Positions 49,257-58,310 of a DNA stretch of 64,000 bases are shown one piece after another. The stretch's first letter is position 1, and every line of letters starts with the position of its first letter. The notes below the pieces were generated by a model that saw nothing but the letters and a program-made list of their open reading frames with translations, searched no databases and was not told where the DNA came from. Source of the stretch: a bacterium (GTDB lineage: Bacteria; Zhuqueibacterota; Zhuqueibacteria; Zhuqueibacterales; Zhuqueibacteraceae); NCBI GenBank assembly GCA_023150945.1, contig JAKLJX010000022.1, positions 28,158 to 92,157 of the forward strand, written 5' to 3'. Position numbers and translations under genes: made by a program.

Positions 49257-50222
49257 ATGATTTCAAATTCTCTTTTCATTAGCTATGGCCATCGCGACCT
49301 CGTTTCGACCAACTGGGTGGAGCAGCTCAAACTCTATCTCGCGGCGTTGCGCCGGCAGCAGTTGGTCGAGATCTGGGACGACGGCCGGATTCGCGCCGGC
49401 CAAGACTGGCGTGCCGAGATCAAAGCAGCGATCGATCGGGCAGCCGTAGCCATCTTGCTGATTGGTCCGGGCTTCATGGCATCCGATTTCATTGCCGAGC
49501 ACGAGCTGCCCGATTTGCTGGAAGCCGCCAAAACGCGCGGCGTCAAGATTTATCCATTGATTGTCGGATACTGCAACTATAAACAGAGTGTGCTGGAACG
49601 TTACCAAGCCTTCAATCAACCCGACCTGCCGCTGGAAGCACTGCCAACAGCGGAACAGAACCGGATTCTCAATGCGCTCAGCCTTGCGGTCGATGAGGAT
49701 TTGCGCCATGCCCAGTCGGCTGTTCCGGCTATGCCCGCTGTCGGTCGCGACCTCTACTCCGCCATGAGCGAGATAAGCAGGCATATTGCCGGCACACACA
49801 CCGCTTTTGCTGCACAATGCCGCCGGCGCAATGACTTGGTTCAGACCTTGCGCAAGCGATTGGCGATCAAAAAAATGATCGAGTATGAAAAATTCTTTCT
49901 GCGCTATTACGACCGACTCAATGCGGAAGAGAAATTCGAGTTTGACCAGATTCGCGCCATCACCGAAGGGCCCATGTATCTCGGCAATCAAGCGTTGTTG
50001 GATCTCATCGAGCAGTCCCCTGAGGTGACTCGTGCCTTGCCAGAATTGGGCGAACTCCGGCAGCACCTGGTGTTTTGGCTCAACAAATATGAGCGGGTGT
50101 TCCTGAAACGGCCGCAGATGTGTTTGCTGTACGCTGGCGTTGAGGACGGCGTGCCCTTTCCACCCAGGCTGGGCGCGAAGGTCAAATCATGGCTGGCGGC
50201 TCATGCGCCAGCGGCTGACTGA
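49257..50222 (+). CDS. TIR-domain protein with an unrecognised C-terminal helical domain
   Basis: LFISYGHRD, IWDDGRIRAGQDWRAEI, AILLIGPGFMASDFIAEHELP (putative catalytic Glu); SD AAGGAGG. Confidence 0.85.
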   Translation: MISNSLFISYGHRDLVSTNWVEQLKLYLAALRRQQLVEIWDDGRIRAGQDWRAEIKAAIDRAAVAILLIGPGFMASDFIAEHELPDLLEAAKTRGVKIYPLIVGYCNYKQSVLERYQAFNQPDLPLEALPTAEQNRILNALSLAVDEDLRHAQSAVPAMPAVGRDLYSAMSEISRHIAGTHTAFAAQCRRRNDLVQTLRKRLAIKKMIEYEKFFLRYYDRLNAEEKFEFDQIRAITEGPMYLGNQALLDLIEQSPEVTRALPELGELRQHLVFWLNKYERVFLKRPQMCLLYAGVEDGVPFPPRLGAKVKSWLAAHAPAAD

Positions 50223-50282
50223 ACTGCAGGCATTGCGACTTTTCCGGCGGCTCGGCGCAATGTATTCAATCCAAGAAACGAT

Positions 50283-51365
50283 ATGGCCAAACCGAATTTC
50301 AAAATTCTCGCCCTCAATCCCGGCTCCACTTCGACCAAGCTGGCCCATTTTGAAAACGACCATGCCACCTTCACGGAAAACCTCCGCCACCGCGAGGCGG
50401 ACTTGGCGCTCTTTGCGCGACAGACAATGCTGGCGCAACTGGAATTTCGCTTGCACGCCATGCGGGCGGCGCTGCAGGCACATGCGATCGGCCTGGCGCA
50501 GATCGACGCCGTTGCCGGCCGCGGCGGCCTGTTGAAACCCTTGGCAAGTGGAACCTATCGCGTGAATGAAGCCATGCTGGCTGATTTGCGCCATGCTGCG
50601 CGCGGCGAGCATGCTTCCAATCTCGGCGCTTTTCTGGCGCACGAACTTGCGACGCCGGCCCGCTGCCCGGCGTTCATTGTCGATCCGGTAAGCGTGGATG
50701 AATGGCCGCCGGTGGCGCGACTCTCCGGCCTCGCTGGCTTGGAGCGGGAATGCCTTTCGCATGCGTTGAACACCAAGGCCATTGCCAAGCGTTTTGCGGC
50801 CGAGCAGGGCAGGGGCTACGGTGAATTACGTTTGATCGTGGCGCATCTCGGCAGCGGCATTTCGATCTCCGCGCACGCCGGCGGCAGGATGATCGACGTG
50901 ACCAACTCGCGCGAAGAAGGCGCGTTTTCCACGGAGCGCGCCGGCACCTTGCCGGTGATGAAACTGGTCGAGCTGTGCTTCTCCGGCAAATTCAACCAAA
51001 AGGAAATCGAAACTCGAATCTTTCGCGAAGGCGGCATACACTCCTATCTCGGCACCAAGGATCTTGCGGAGGTGTTGCGCCGCTGCCAGGCCGGCGAAGG
51101 ACAGGCGCAGCTTGTGTACGAGGCGATGCTTCATCAAATCAGCAAGGAGATCGGCGCGATGGCGGCCGTGCTCGGTGGCCGGGTCGATGCCGTCTTGCTG
51201 ACCGGCGGCATGGTCCATGCGAAGGCGTTGGCCGAAGCCTTGACCAGCCAGGTGCAGTGGATCGCGCCGGTTTTTTGTTATCCCGGTGAAGATGAATTGC
51301 AGGCGCTGGCGGAAGGCGCACTGCGCGTGTTACGCGGGCAAGAACGGGCATTGGATTATGTGTGA
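50283..51365 (+). CDS. buk: Butyrate kinase
   Basis: LNPGSTSTK, GRGGLLKP, HASNLGA, HALNTKA, AHLGSGIS, PGEDELQALA. Confidence 0.94.
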   Translation: MAKPNFKILALNPGSTSTKLAHFENDHATFTENLRHREADLALFARQTMLAQLEFRLHAMRAALQAHAIGLAQIDAVAGRGGLLKPLASGTYRVNEAMLADLRHAARGEHASNLGAFLAHELATPARCPAFIVDPVSVDEWPPVARLSGLAGLERECLSHALNTKAIAKRFAAEQGRGYGELRLIVAHLGSGISISAHAGGRMIDVTNSREEGAFSTERAGTLPVMKLVELCFSGKFNQKEIETRIFREGGIHSYLGTKDLAEVLRRCQAGEGQAQLVYEAMLHQISKEIGAMAAVLGGRVDAVLLTGGMVHAKALAEALTSQVQWIAPVFCYPGEDELQALAEGALRVLRGQERALDYV

Positions 51366-51388
51366 ATGACTAGCGCACGAGCAGCAAG

Positions 51389-52021
51389 ATGCTGACTATT
51401 TTTTTGCTGGCAATGCTCATGATGGAATGGCAGACTGAAGAATTGGTGAAGCTGCCGCCGCCGCAACAACGCGGCCAGGTTTCTCTGGAACAAGCGTTGG
51501 CGGCGCGCCGGTCGCTGCGGACTTTCCGTGCCGCTCCATTGGCGTGGAAAGAGATCGGCCAACTGTTGTGGGCGGCACAAGGCGTGACCGAACCACGGGA
51601 GGGCCTGCGCACCGCCCCCTCGGCCGGCGCGCTTTATCCCCTGGAAATTTATGTTGCGACTGCTGCAGGTGTCTTTCATTACCAGCCGCGCGCGCATCAA
51701 GTACAACGCGTGCTCGCCCGCGATTGCCGCGTAGAATTGAGCCGGGCGGCTTGGGAGCAAGAGTGCGTGCGCGACGCACCCGCGGTTTTCATTCTCACGG
51801 CATTCGCCGAACGCACGGCGCGCAAGTATGGCGAGCGCAGCCGGCGTTATGTTGATTTTGAAGCCGGCCATGCCGCTCAAAACCTGCTGTTGCAGGCAAC
51901 CGCGCTGGGTCTGGGCGCCGTGCCGGTGGGCGCATTCAGTGATGCGCGCCTCGCAAGCTTGCTGCCGCTCGCTGCCGGCGAACAGCCGCTTTATCTCATC
52001 CCGGTGGGCCGGCCGGAGTAG
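51389..52021 (+). CDS. SagB/ThcOx-type nitroreductase-family FMN protein (stand-alone)
   Basis: ARRSLRTF, LLWAAQG, RTAPSAGALYPLEIY, EAGHAAQN. Confidence 0.85.
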   Translation: MLTIFLLAMLMMEWQTEELVKLPPPQQRGQVSLEQALAARRSLRTFRAAPLAWKEIGQLLWAAQGVTEPREGLRTAPSAGALYPLEIYVATAAGVFHYQPRAHQVQRVLARDCRVELSRAAWEQECVRDAPAVFILTAFAERTARKYGERSRRYVDFEAGHAAQNLLLQATALGLGAVPVGAFSDARLASLLPLAAGEQPLYLIPVGRPE

Positions 52022-52284
52022 TGTTTGGCAGAATTCGTTCTGCCGGCAGGCGAGCGGGCTGGCTGCGCAACCGGTTGCAACAACGTGGAACGCTTCGCGC
52101 CGAATGCGCCGGGCGCTTCACCGCGCTTGGTTTTGGGGCGGGAAATGTTATCTTGTAGCCGGCATGAGAAGACAACTTGTTGACGCCAGATCAGACGTCT
52201 GTGCACAGGCAGCGGGCGCGCTGGCCTGCAGCGCGCGCCACCAATGTGCAGAAGCAACCGCTTGCTCAGAGAGGAGGAACAAGA

Positions 52285-52740
52285 ATGGAACTGAAGAGCA
52301 CAGCATTTGAAGCCGGCGGCATGATTCCCAAACAGTTCACCTGCGAGGGCGCGAATATTTCGCCGCCCCTGTCCTGGGCGACCGTTCCGGACAGGACCAA
52401 GAGCCTTGCCTTGATTTGTGACGATCCGGATGCGCCCATGGGCATGTGGGTGCATTGGGTGCTGTTCAACTTGCCGGCGGAAACGCGCGAGTTGACGGAG
52501 AATCTGCCCCCGCAAAAGAACCTGCCCAACGGCGCACGCCAAGGTACCAACGATTTCCGCAAAATCGGCTATGGCGGCCCGTGTCCACCTGGCGGTGAGC
52601 ATCGTTATTACTTCAAGCTCTATGCGCTCGACGCCTTGCTCGAGCTCAAGGCCGGCGCGAACAAGGCCGATTTGCTGCACGCCATGGAAGGCCACATTCT
52701 GGCAGAAAGCCGGTTGATGGGAAGGTATCGCCGGCGCTAG
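52285..52740 (+). CDS. YbhB/YbcL-family PEBP (Raf kinase inhibitor-like) protein
   Basis: GANISPPLSW, DDPDAP, WVHWVL, YGGPCPP, HRYYFKLYALD. Confidence 0.9.
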   Translation: MELKSTAFEAGGMIPKQFTCEGANISPPLSWATVPDRTKSLALICDDPDAPMGMWVHWVLFNLPAETRELTENLPPQKNLPNGARQGTNDFRKIGYGGPCPPGGEHRYYFKLYALDALLELKAGANKADLLHAMEGHILAESRLMGRYRRR

Positions 52741-52978
52741 TGGTCTGTCACTTCAGAAAAGCATCGCCACCAGAGATGTCCTCCTGTCAGGATCCTGTGA
52801 AATTTTGAGCACGGCACCAAGTACCCCACAGGATTCCTATGGTATGTCACGCGAAATCACTTGTACAAATCGAGGTGACAAAGCACTCGTGTGCTGTGCA
52901 CGTGGTTGACAAGCATGGATGAATTCTTCGAGACAACAGTCCACAAATCGACGAAGATGGTTGGAAGGGAGCGACGGC

Positions 52979-53602
52979 ATGACGAATCAGTCCGACCGTA
53001 TGACACGAAAGTTTCTGGCCTTTGCTTTCATCGCAGGGCCGCTGCTGCTGCTGTTTTCCGTGGGCGCGTTCACGCTGGGCATTGGTTTGATCCCGCCGGG
53101 CATCACCAGTTGGGTGGAAGGCATCTTCGGCGCCTATGCCCTGGCTTTCTTCGTTCCCATCTATCTCGAATTGGCGCGGCGGCTGAGCGCGACGCATCCG
53201 GTGTGGGGGATGATCACCTCCTTCACCGGACTCTTGGGCGCGACCACGGGCTTTGCAATCGAACTGGGCCGTCCTCTCGAGCATGTCCTGCGGCAGCACG
53301 GCGCCGGCGATGCGGTTTGGCAGGCTTTCTACGCCGCGCCCGGATGGGAATACCTGTCCGTGGCCTTGCTCGGGCCGCTGTTTCCGTTGACCTCGATTCT
53401 GTTGGGGTTTGGGTTTTTGCGCGCCAAAACTTTTCCGGCGTGGGTGGCGGTGTGCTTGATTCTGGCGGGCGTCTTCTTCCCGCTGGCACAAGTGTTGGGA
53501 TGGCAGGTGGCGCTCAAGTTCTTGTATCCTCTTGCAGCCCTGTTGTGGCTGGTCGCGCTTTGGCACATTGCCCGTGAATACCTCAAAACGCAGCCGGCCT
53601 GA
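52979..53602 (+). CDS. Hypothetical multi-pass membrane protein
   Basis: About six hydrophobic helices. Confidence 0.65.
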   Translation: MTNQSDRMTRKFLAFAFIAGPLLLLFSVGAFTLGIGLIPPGITSWVEGIFGAYALAFFVPIYLELARRLSATHPVWGMITSFTGLLGATTGFAIELGRPLEHVLRQHGAGDAVWQAFYAAPGWEYLSVALLGPLFPLTSILLGFGFLRAKTFPAWVAVCLILAGVFFPLAQVLGWQVALKFLYPLAALLWLVALWHIAREYLKTQPA

Positions 53603-53980
53603 GGTGGAATTGCGATTGCGTCACCATGAGCGCAAAATGCGCGCGCGGCTTGGCGCAGGCCCACGTCGCGCCACGGTGGCGGACGCGACGCTCTTCTGCC
53701 AGTCGTGCTGCAGTGCGCAACTACTTGTTGGGTCGTAACGTCTAAATCCTGCGCAATCAGAGCATGCCGCCCTGCAAAAGCGGTGGCATGACAGACACCC
53801 GAGGGATTGAAGCAAGCACGCGTTGTCCGAAAAGCCGGCACAGAATTTTGCCGGCCTGTGGTTTTCGTGAGGTCGGAGACAGAAGCGAGGCTGCAGGCTG
53901 CGATGCGCCATTCGATTCAAGCGGCTGCCATCTTTTCGAGGACCACTCGCGTCTAAACTGAAAAATCCAGGAGGAAACCA

Positions 53981-54367
53981 ATGAGTTGCACCGAAGAAAA
54001 CCGCGGCCCGATCAAGATCTTTCATCTGCAGGGCAAGATCATGGGTGATCCGGAAACGCAAATGATGTGCATCCGGCTGAAGGACATGATTGCCGGCGGC
54101 GTGAATTGCCTGGTGATGGACTTTGGCCAAGTCCAGTGGATCAACAGCAGCGGCATCGGCGCTATTATTGCCTGTCTCACCGCCCTGCGCGATCATGGCG
54201 GCGACATCCGTTTTGCCAATCTGCATCACATGACGCAGCGGTATTTCCATCTCACCAAGCTGGAAACCGTGGTGGAGGCTTACACCAGCGTGGAGGAGGC
54301 GGTGGCCAGCTTTGCCTACAAACCGGCCTCTGCTGAAAATCAACCCGTCGCGGCCGTGGTGCATTGA
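53981..54367 (+). CDS. STAS-domain anti-sigma factor antagonist
   Basis: MDFGQVQWINSSGIG (phosphorylatable Ser motif), FHLTKL; SD GGAGG. Confidence 0.85.
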   Translation: MSCTEENRGPIKIFHLQGKIMGDPETQMMCIRLKDMIAGGVNCLVMDFGQVQWINSSGIGAIIACLTALRDHGGDIRFANLHHMTQRYFHLTKLETVVEAYTSVEEAVASFAYKPASAENQPVAAVVH

Positions 54368-54865
54368 CCACGAATCTCTCGCAGCGCGCAACCGGTTGTC
54401 GCGTAATTGTGAGGCGGGCAGTAGGTTTTCGCCTTCGACGGTGCGCCATCAAACGGCTTCGACGTTCACCGGCACCGCGCGGCAGGGCGGGGGAATTCTC
54501 GCTCGCGGAGCGGGCGCGGGGCGCTCAGCTAATGGCGTTCTAATCGCGCCCGCCTTTGGCTGCCGGCTGGCGGTTCCGCTTTTTTCAGAACTGCGAATCT
54601 TCTCCCGCCCGATTCGCAATCTCGGGGAATTCCGCACTCAGCCGGGCAACCCCACCGCTCTAACCTCCTGATAATCATACCCCGTTTTCGCGTGGCTCTG
54701 ATTTATTTGCGGTACACTTATTGATATTCAACAAAGTGGATCAGTGTGCACTGGCGGTGTGGCTTGTGCCGTTCTGCCCGTGAGCGACCTTCTGGTGTTT
54801 TCCCGCCTGCCAGAGCCAATCTCATCCCCAACCTTCGCAGAGCCACAAACCAGGAGACCACCCCC

Positions 54866-56182
54866 ATGACTGACAAGCCCAGGAATCGCAAACGAGCCAA
54901 AGCGGAATACCGCATGCGCACCCACTTGATTCACGGCAATTATGACAGCAAGAAATGGGACTACGATCACCACGTCGTGCCGCCAATGTCCTCTTCCGCG
55001 ACCTACCGCCTCAGCTCGGCGCAGCGCGGGGCACAGGGCTTTTTCGAGTTTGCCAGCGAGACCACCGACTTCACCAAGCATGTGCCGATTTACATCTACG
55101 AACGCCTGGAGGAGCCGACGCGCGGCATGCTGGAGGAAAATCTTGCCTATGCCGAGGGCGGAGAAATGTGCGTGACCTTTGCGACCGGCATGGCCGCGAT
55201 CAGCGCCACTTTGGGCATGCTGTGTGAATCCGGCCACGAGATCGTGGCGCATCAAGTGCTTTATGGTTGCACCTACAGTCTGGTGACCAATTGGCTGCCG
55301 CGCTACGGTGTGGTGACCAAATTCGTCAATATGCAAAACGAAGAGGAATTGCGCCGGGCCATTTCTTTCAAAACGCGCGTGGTCTATTTCGAAACGCCGG
55401 TGAACCCGGATTTGAGTTTGATCGATATCGGCGCAGTGCGCAAAGTCGTGGATGAAGTCAACCGCGACCGGCCGCTGGAGCGGCAGATCAAGATCGTGGT
55501 CGACAACACCTTTGCCACGCCGTTTTGCCAGCGCCCGATCGCGCTCGGCGCAGATTTTTCCGTGCACAGCCTCACCAAAGACATCGGCGGATTCGGCACG
55601 GATATGGGCGGCGCGGTGATTGGGCCGCGGCGTTTCTACGGCCCGCTTATGCTCTATCGCAAAGATTTTGGTGGGGTGTTGTCACCCAAAAGCGCCTGGA
55701 ATATTTTGGTGTACGGCCTGCCCACTTTGTCGACGCGCATGATCAACCAGCAAAAGACAGCCGGCAGAGTTGCACGCTTCCTGCAGGAGCATCCCAAAGT
55801 GGCGCGGGTGATCTATCCGGGGCTGGAGTCACATCCGCAATTCGAACTGGCCAAGCGTCAAATGTTCGACTATGAAGGCAAGTTTGCGCCGGGCGCCATG
55901 ATCTACTTCGTGCTCAAGGAAACGGATGCGCGCCCCGCCGGCAGCCGCGGTGAGGCCTTCATCGACTACACTGCTGATCACGCCTATTCCATCACGCTGG
56001 CGGTGAGCTTGGGCCAACTCAAGACCCTGATCGAATGTCCCTACTCCATGACGCACTCGGCACTTCCCGAGGAGGAGAAGCGTAAAAGGGGTATGGAACC
56101 CGGTGGCATTCGCCTGGCAATTGGGTTGGAAGATAGGCACGACTTGATCGAAGATCTGCGCGAAGCGCTCGAGCGAGTGTGA
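54866..56182 (+). CDS. PLP-dependent Cys/Met metabolism enzyme, methionine gamma-lyase-like
   Basis: YER, FATGMAAI, LYGCT, ETPVNP, VDNTFATP, HSLTK (PLP Lys), VSLG, IRLAIGLED. Confidence 0.82.
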   Translation: MTDKPRNRKRAKAEYRMRTHLIHGNYDSKKWDYDHHVVPPMSSSATYRLSSAQRGAQGFFEFASETTDFTKHVPIYIYERLEEPTRGMLEENLAYAEGGEMCVTFATGMAAISATLGMLCESGHEIVAHQVLYGCTYSLVTNWLPRYGVVTKFVNMQNEEELRRAISFKTRVVYFETPVNPDLSLIDIGAVRKVVDEVNRDRPLERQIKIVVDNTFATPFCQRPIALGADFSVHSLTKDIGGFGTDMGGAVIGPRRFYGPLMLYRKDFGGVLSPKSAWNILVYGLPTLSTRMINQQKTAGRVARFLQEHPKVARVIYPGLESHPQFELAKRQMFDYEGKFAPGAMIYFVLKETDARPAGSRGEAFIDYTADHAYSITLAVSLGQLKTLIECPYSMTHSALPEEEKRKRGMEPGGIRLAIGLEDRHDLIEDLREALERV

Positions 56183-56240
56183 AATTTGGCAAGGGCGTGA
56201 TAGAGACGAGTGAGTGAGTCAGAAACAGTGATCGGTACAG

Positions 56241-56293
56241 GGTGATCCGCCGGCCGTGATTCTACTGTTGGCACGATTCCGGGGCGGATCACC
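56241..56293 (+). promoter_or_regulatory. Long hairpin ending just before the Shine-Dalgarno of the CMK-like gene
   Basis: ggtgatccgcc / ggcggatcacc 11-bp perfect stem with additional inner pairing; SD AAGGAGG at ~56297. Confidence 0.45.
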
Positions 56294-56308
56294 GGCAAGG
56301 AGGTCGCC

Positions 56309-57034
56309 ATGAGCAAGATTTTCCACGACATTCCGGTGGAGAAGCAGATCCTCAAGCACATGCACCACTGGGAAATGGTACGCACGGAGTGGGCGCAGCA
56401 GGCGAAATCATCGTTGCAGCGGCCGCCGCAAACCTTCGGGCCCTACCTCACCATTTCACGCGAGCAGGGCAGCGGCGGCAACGAGATTTCGCAGCGCCTG
56501 GCGGAGAGGCTGGGTTGGCATCTCTACGACCGCGAGATCATCGAGGCAATTGCCAGCCGCACGCATGTCCGCGAGGAACTGGTGGCGCGTTTCGATGAAC
56601 ATCATCAGAGCGCGATGGATACCTATCTGCGCAATCTCTTCACCGGCCAGCGCTTCGACAACACCCAGTACATTCGCCATCTTTCCCAGGTGGTGCTGGG
56701 TGTCGCGAAATTCGGCCGGGTGATCATTCTGGGCCGAGGCGCGAATTTCATTCTGCCGCCGGAGGCCGGGTTGCGCGTGCGCATCGTCGCTCCGCCGGAG
56801 GCGCGCTGCCGGCGGCTGATGGCAGAGCTGAACTGTGAGGAAAAGAAAGCCTGGCAGATCATCTCCGAAGCGGACAAGAAGCGGCGGGAGTTTTTGCAGC
56901 ATCATTTTCATGCGCACGCCAACGACGCCCTCGCTTATGATGTGACCATCAACACCGCGCATTTCGAGGTCGAAACGGCCACGGAATTTTTGATCACACT
57001 GGCCGGCAGCAGACTCAAGCCGCTGGCCGCATAA
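56309..57034 (+). CDS. Cytidylate kinase-like family protein
   Basis: TISREQGSGG P-loop variant, LYDREII, VIILGRGANF, ADKKRREF, YDVTINT. Confidence 0.82.
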   Translation: MSKIFHDIPVEKQILKHMHHWEMVRTEWAQQAKSSLQRPPQTFGPYLTISREQGSGGNEISQRLAERLGWHLYDREIIEAIASRTHVREELVARFDEHHQSAMDTYLRNLFTGQRFDNTQYIRHLSQVVLGVAKFGRVIILGRGANFILPPEAGLRVRIVAPPEARCRRLMAELNCEEKKAWQIISEADKKRREFLQHHFHAHANDALAYDVTINTAHFEVETATEFLITLAGSRLKPLAA

Positions 57035-57094
57035 GACGCGACGCCGCGCCGGCGGTCCGGCTCGAATCCGCCGGCGCAGGAGACCTGCCTATCC

Positions 57095-58003
57095 ATGTCG
57101 CAAGCCTCCTACCTTGCGCTCCACCAGAGCGGCGAGCTTGCCGCCCGCGCCGAGACGCTGCAGGCGCATCTGCACGATTGCACGCTGTGCCCGCGCCGGT
57201 GCCATGCCAATCGCGCTGCCGGCAAAATCGGCAAGTGCCGCGCCACCGCGGAAGTGGTGATTGCCAGCGCGGGCCGCCATTTTGGTGAAGAACCGGAATT
57301 GGTGGGCTTGGGCGGCTCCGGCACCATCTTTTTCACCAACTGCAATTTGTGGTGCCTGTTCTGCCAGAATTATGAAATCAGCCACCTGAAAATGGGGCAA
57401 CCGGTGACCATCGAGGAGTTGGCCGGCCACATGTTGCATCTGCAGAGCCGCGGTTGCCACAATATCAATCTGGTGACGCCCACCCATTTCGTGCCGCAAA
57501 TCGTCGCGGCGCTGGCGCTGGCGGCCGAGCGCGGCCTGCAGATTCCTCTCGTTTACAACTGCGGCGGCTATGAAGCGGTGGAAACGCTGCAACTGCTCGA
57601 CGGCATCATTGACATCTACATGCCGGACATCAAGTATTCCGATGATGCCAATGCTCGCCGTTTTTCCGGCGTGCGAGACTATTGGCAGCGCGTGCGGCCG
57701 GCGGTGCAGGAGATGCACCGCCAGGTGGGCGATCTCAAAGTCAATCGCTATGGTCTCGCCGAGCGCGGCTTGTTGATCCGGCATCTCGTTTTGCCGCAGC
57801 AGGTGGCCGGTTCGCAGGCAGTGCTGCGTTTCATCGCGGAGGAGATTTCGCGCAACAGTTACGTGAACATCATGGATCAGTACCGGCCGGCATTCAAGGC
57901 GCACGGCTTGCCCGAACTGGCGCGCCGCCTCACGCTGCCCGAATATCATGCCGTGCTGCGTGCGGCGCGGGCGGCCGGGTTGTGGCGCGGGTTCGACACG
58001 TGA
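57095..58003 (+). CDS. Radical SAM protein, PflX-like
   Basis: CTLCPRRC N-terminal Cys motif, HFGEEP, CNLWCLFCQN (CxxxCxxC), INLVTP, YMPDIKY, LLIRHLVLP. Confidence 0.85.
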   Translation: MSQASYLALHQSGELAARAETLQAHLHDCTLCPRRCHANRAAGKIGKCRATAEVVIASAGRHFGEEPELVGLGGSGTIFFTNCNLWCLFCQNYEISHLKMGQPVTIEELAGHMLHLQSRGCHNINLVTPTHFVPQIVAALALAAERGLQIPLVYNCGGYEAVETLQLLDGIIDIYMPDIKYSDDANARRFSGVRDYWQRVRPAVQEMHRQVGDLKVNRYGLAERGLLIRHLVLPQQVAGSQAVLRFIAEEISRNSYVNIMDQYRPAFKAHGLPELARRLTLPEYHAVLRAARAAGLWRGFDT

Positions 58004-58310
58004 GCCGTTTTGCATGCCGGGCGTTGTCACTTTCCCAAATCTGAGAGATTCCACGAGGCAATTTTCAACTCTGCAAAAGCTCTGCTGACCGGGTTTGATG
58101 CTTATGGGATAAGTATTTGAAAAACAGCACAAATCTGCGGAGTCGGGCGGCACTCTTCTTGCGCCCAATCTGCATGCTACGCAGGGCCGGCATTGTGCAA
58201 ATGATCACCAAGAGGAGAAACGGAAGACAGCCTGTGATTTGGTCTGCGTTACCAGGCAGCGCTCCCCATATTAGAGTTTCAGACAGTTTGCATCTCACGA
58301 AAGAAGGTGA

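Noticed and set aside
51389-52021. SagB-type dehydrogenase as part of a RiPP (azole) cluster
   Set aside because: No YcaO, E1-like protein, precursor peptide or transporter nearby; stand-alone members are common.
54400-54865. SAM or other riboswitch upstream of the Met-gamma-lyase-like gene
   Set aside because: I could not find SAM-I/II core motifs by eye; an Rfam scan would be needed.
57046-57077. GC hairpin with a ctcgaatcc loop resembling a tRNA T-arm
   Set aside because: No cloverleaf, anticodon arm or GTTC; just a 10-bp intergenic stem without a U-tract.
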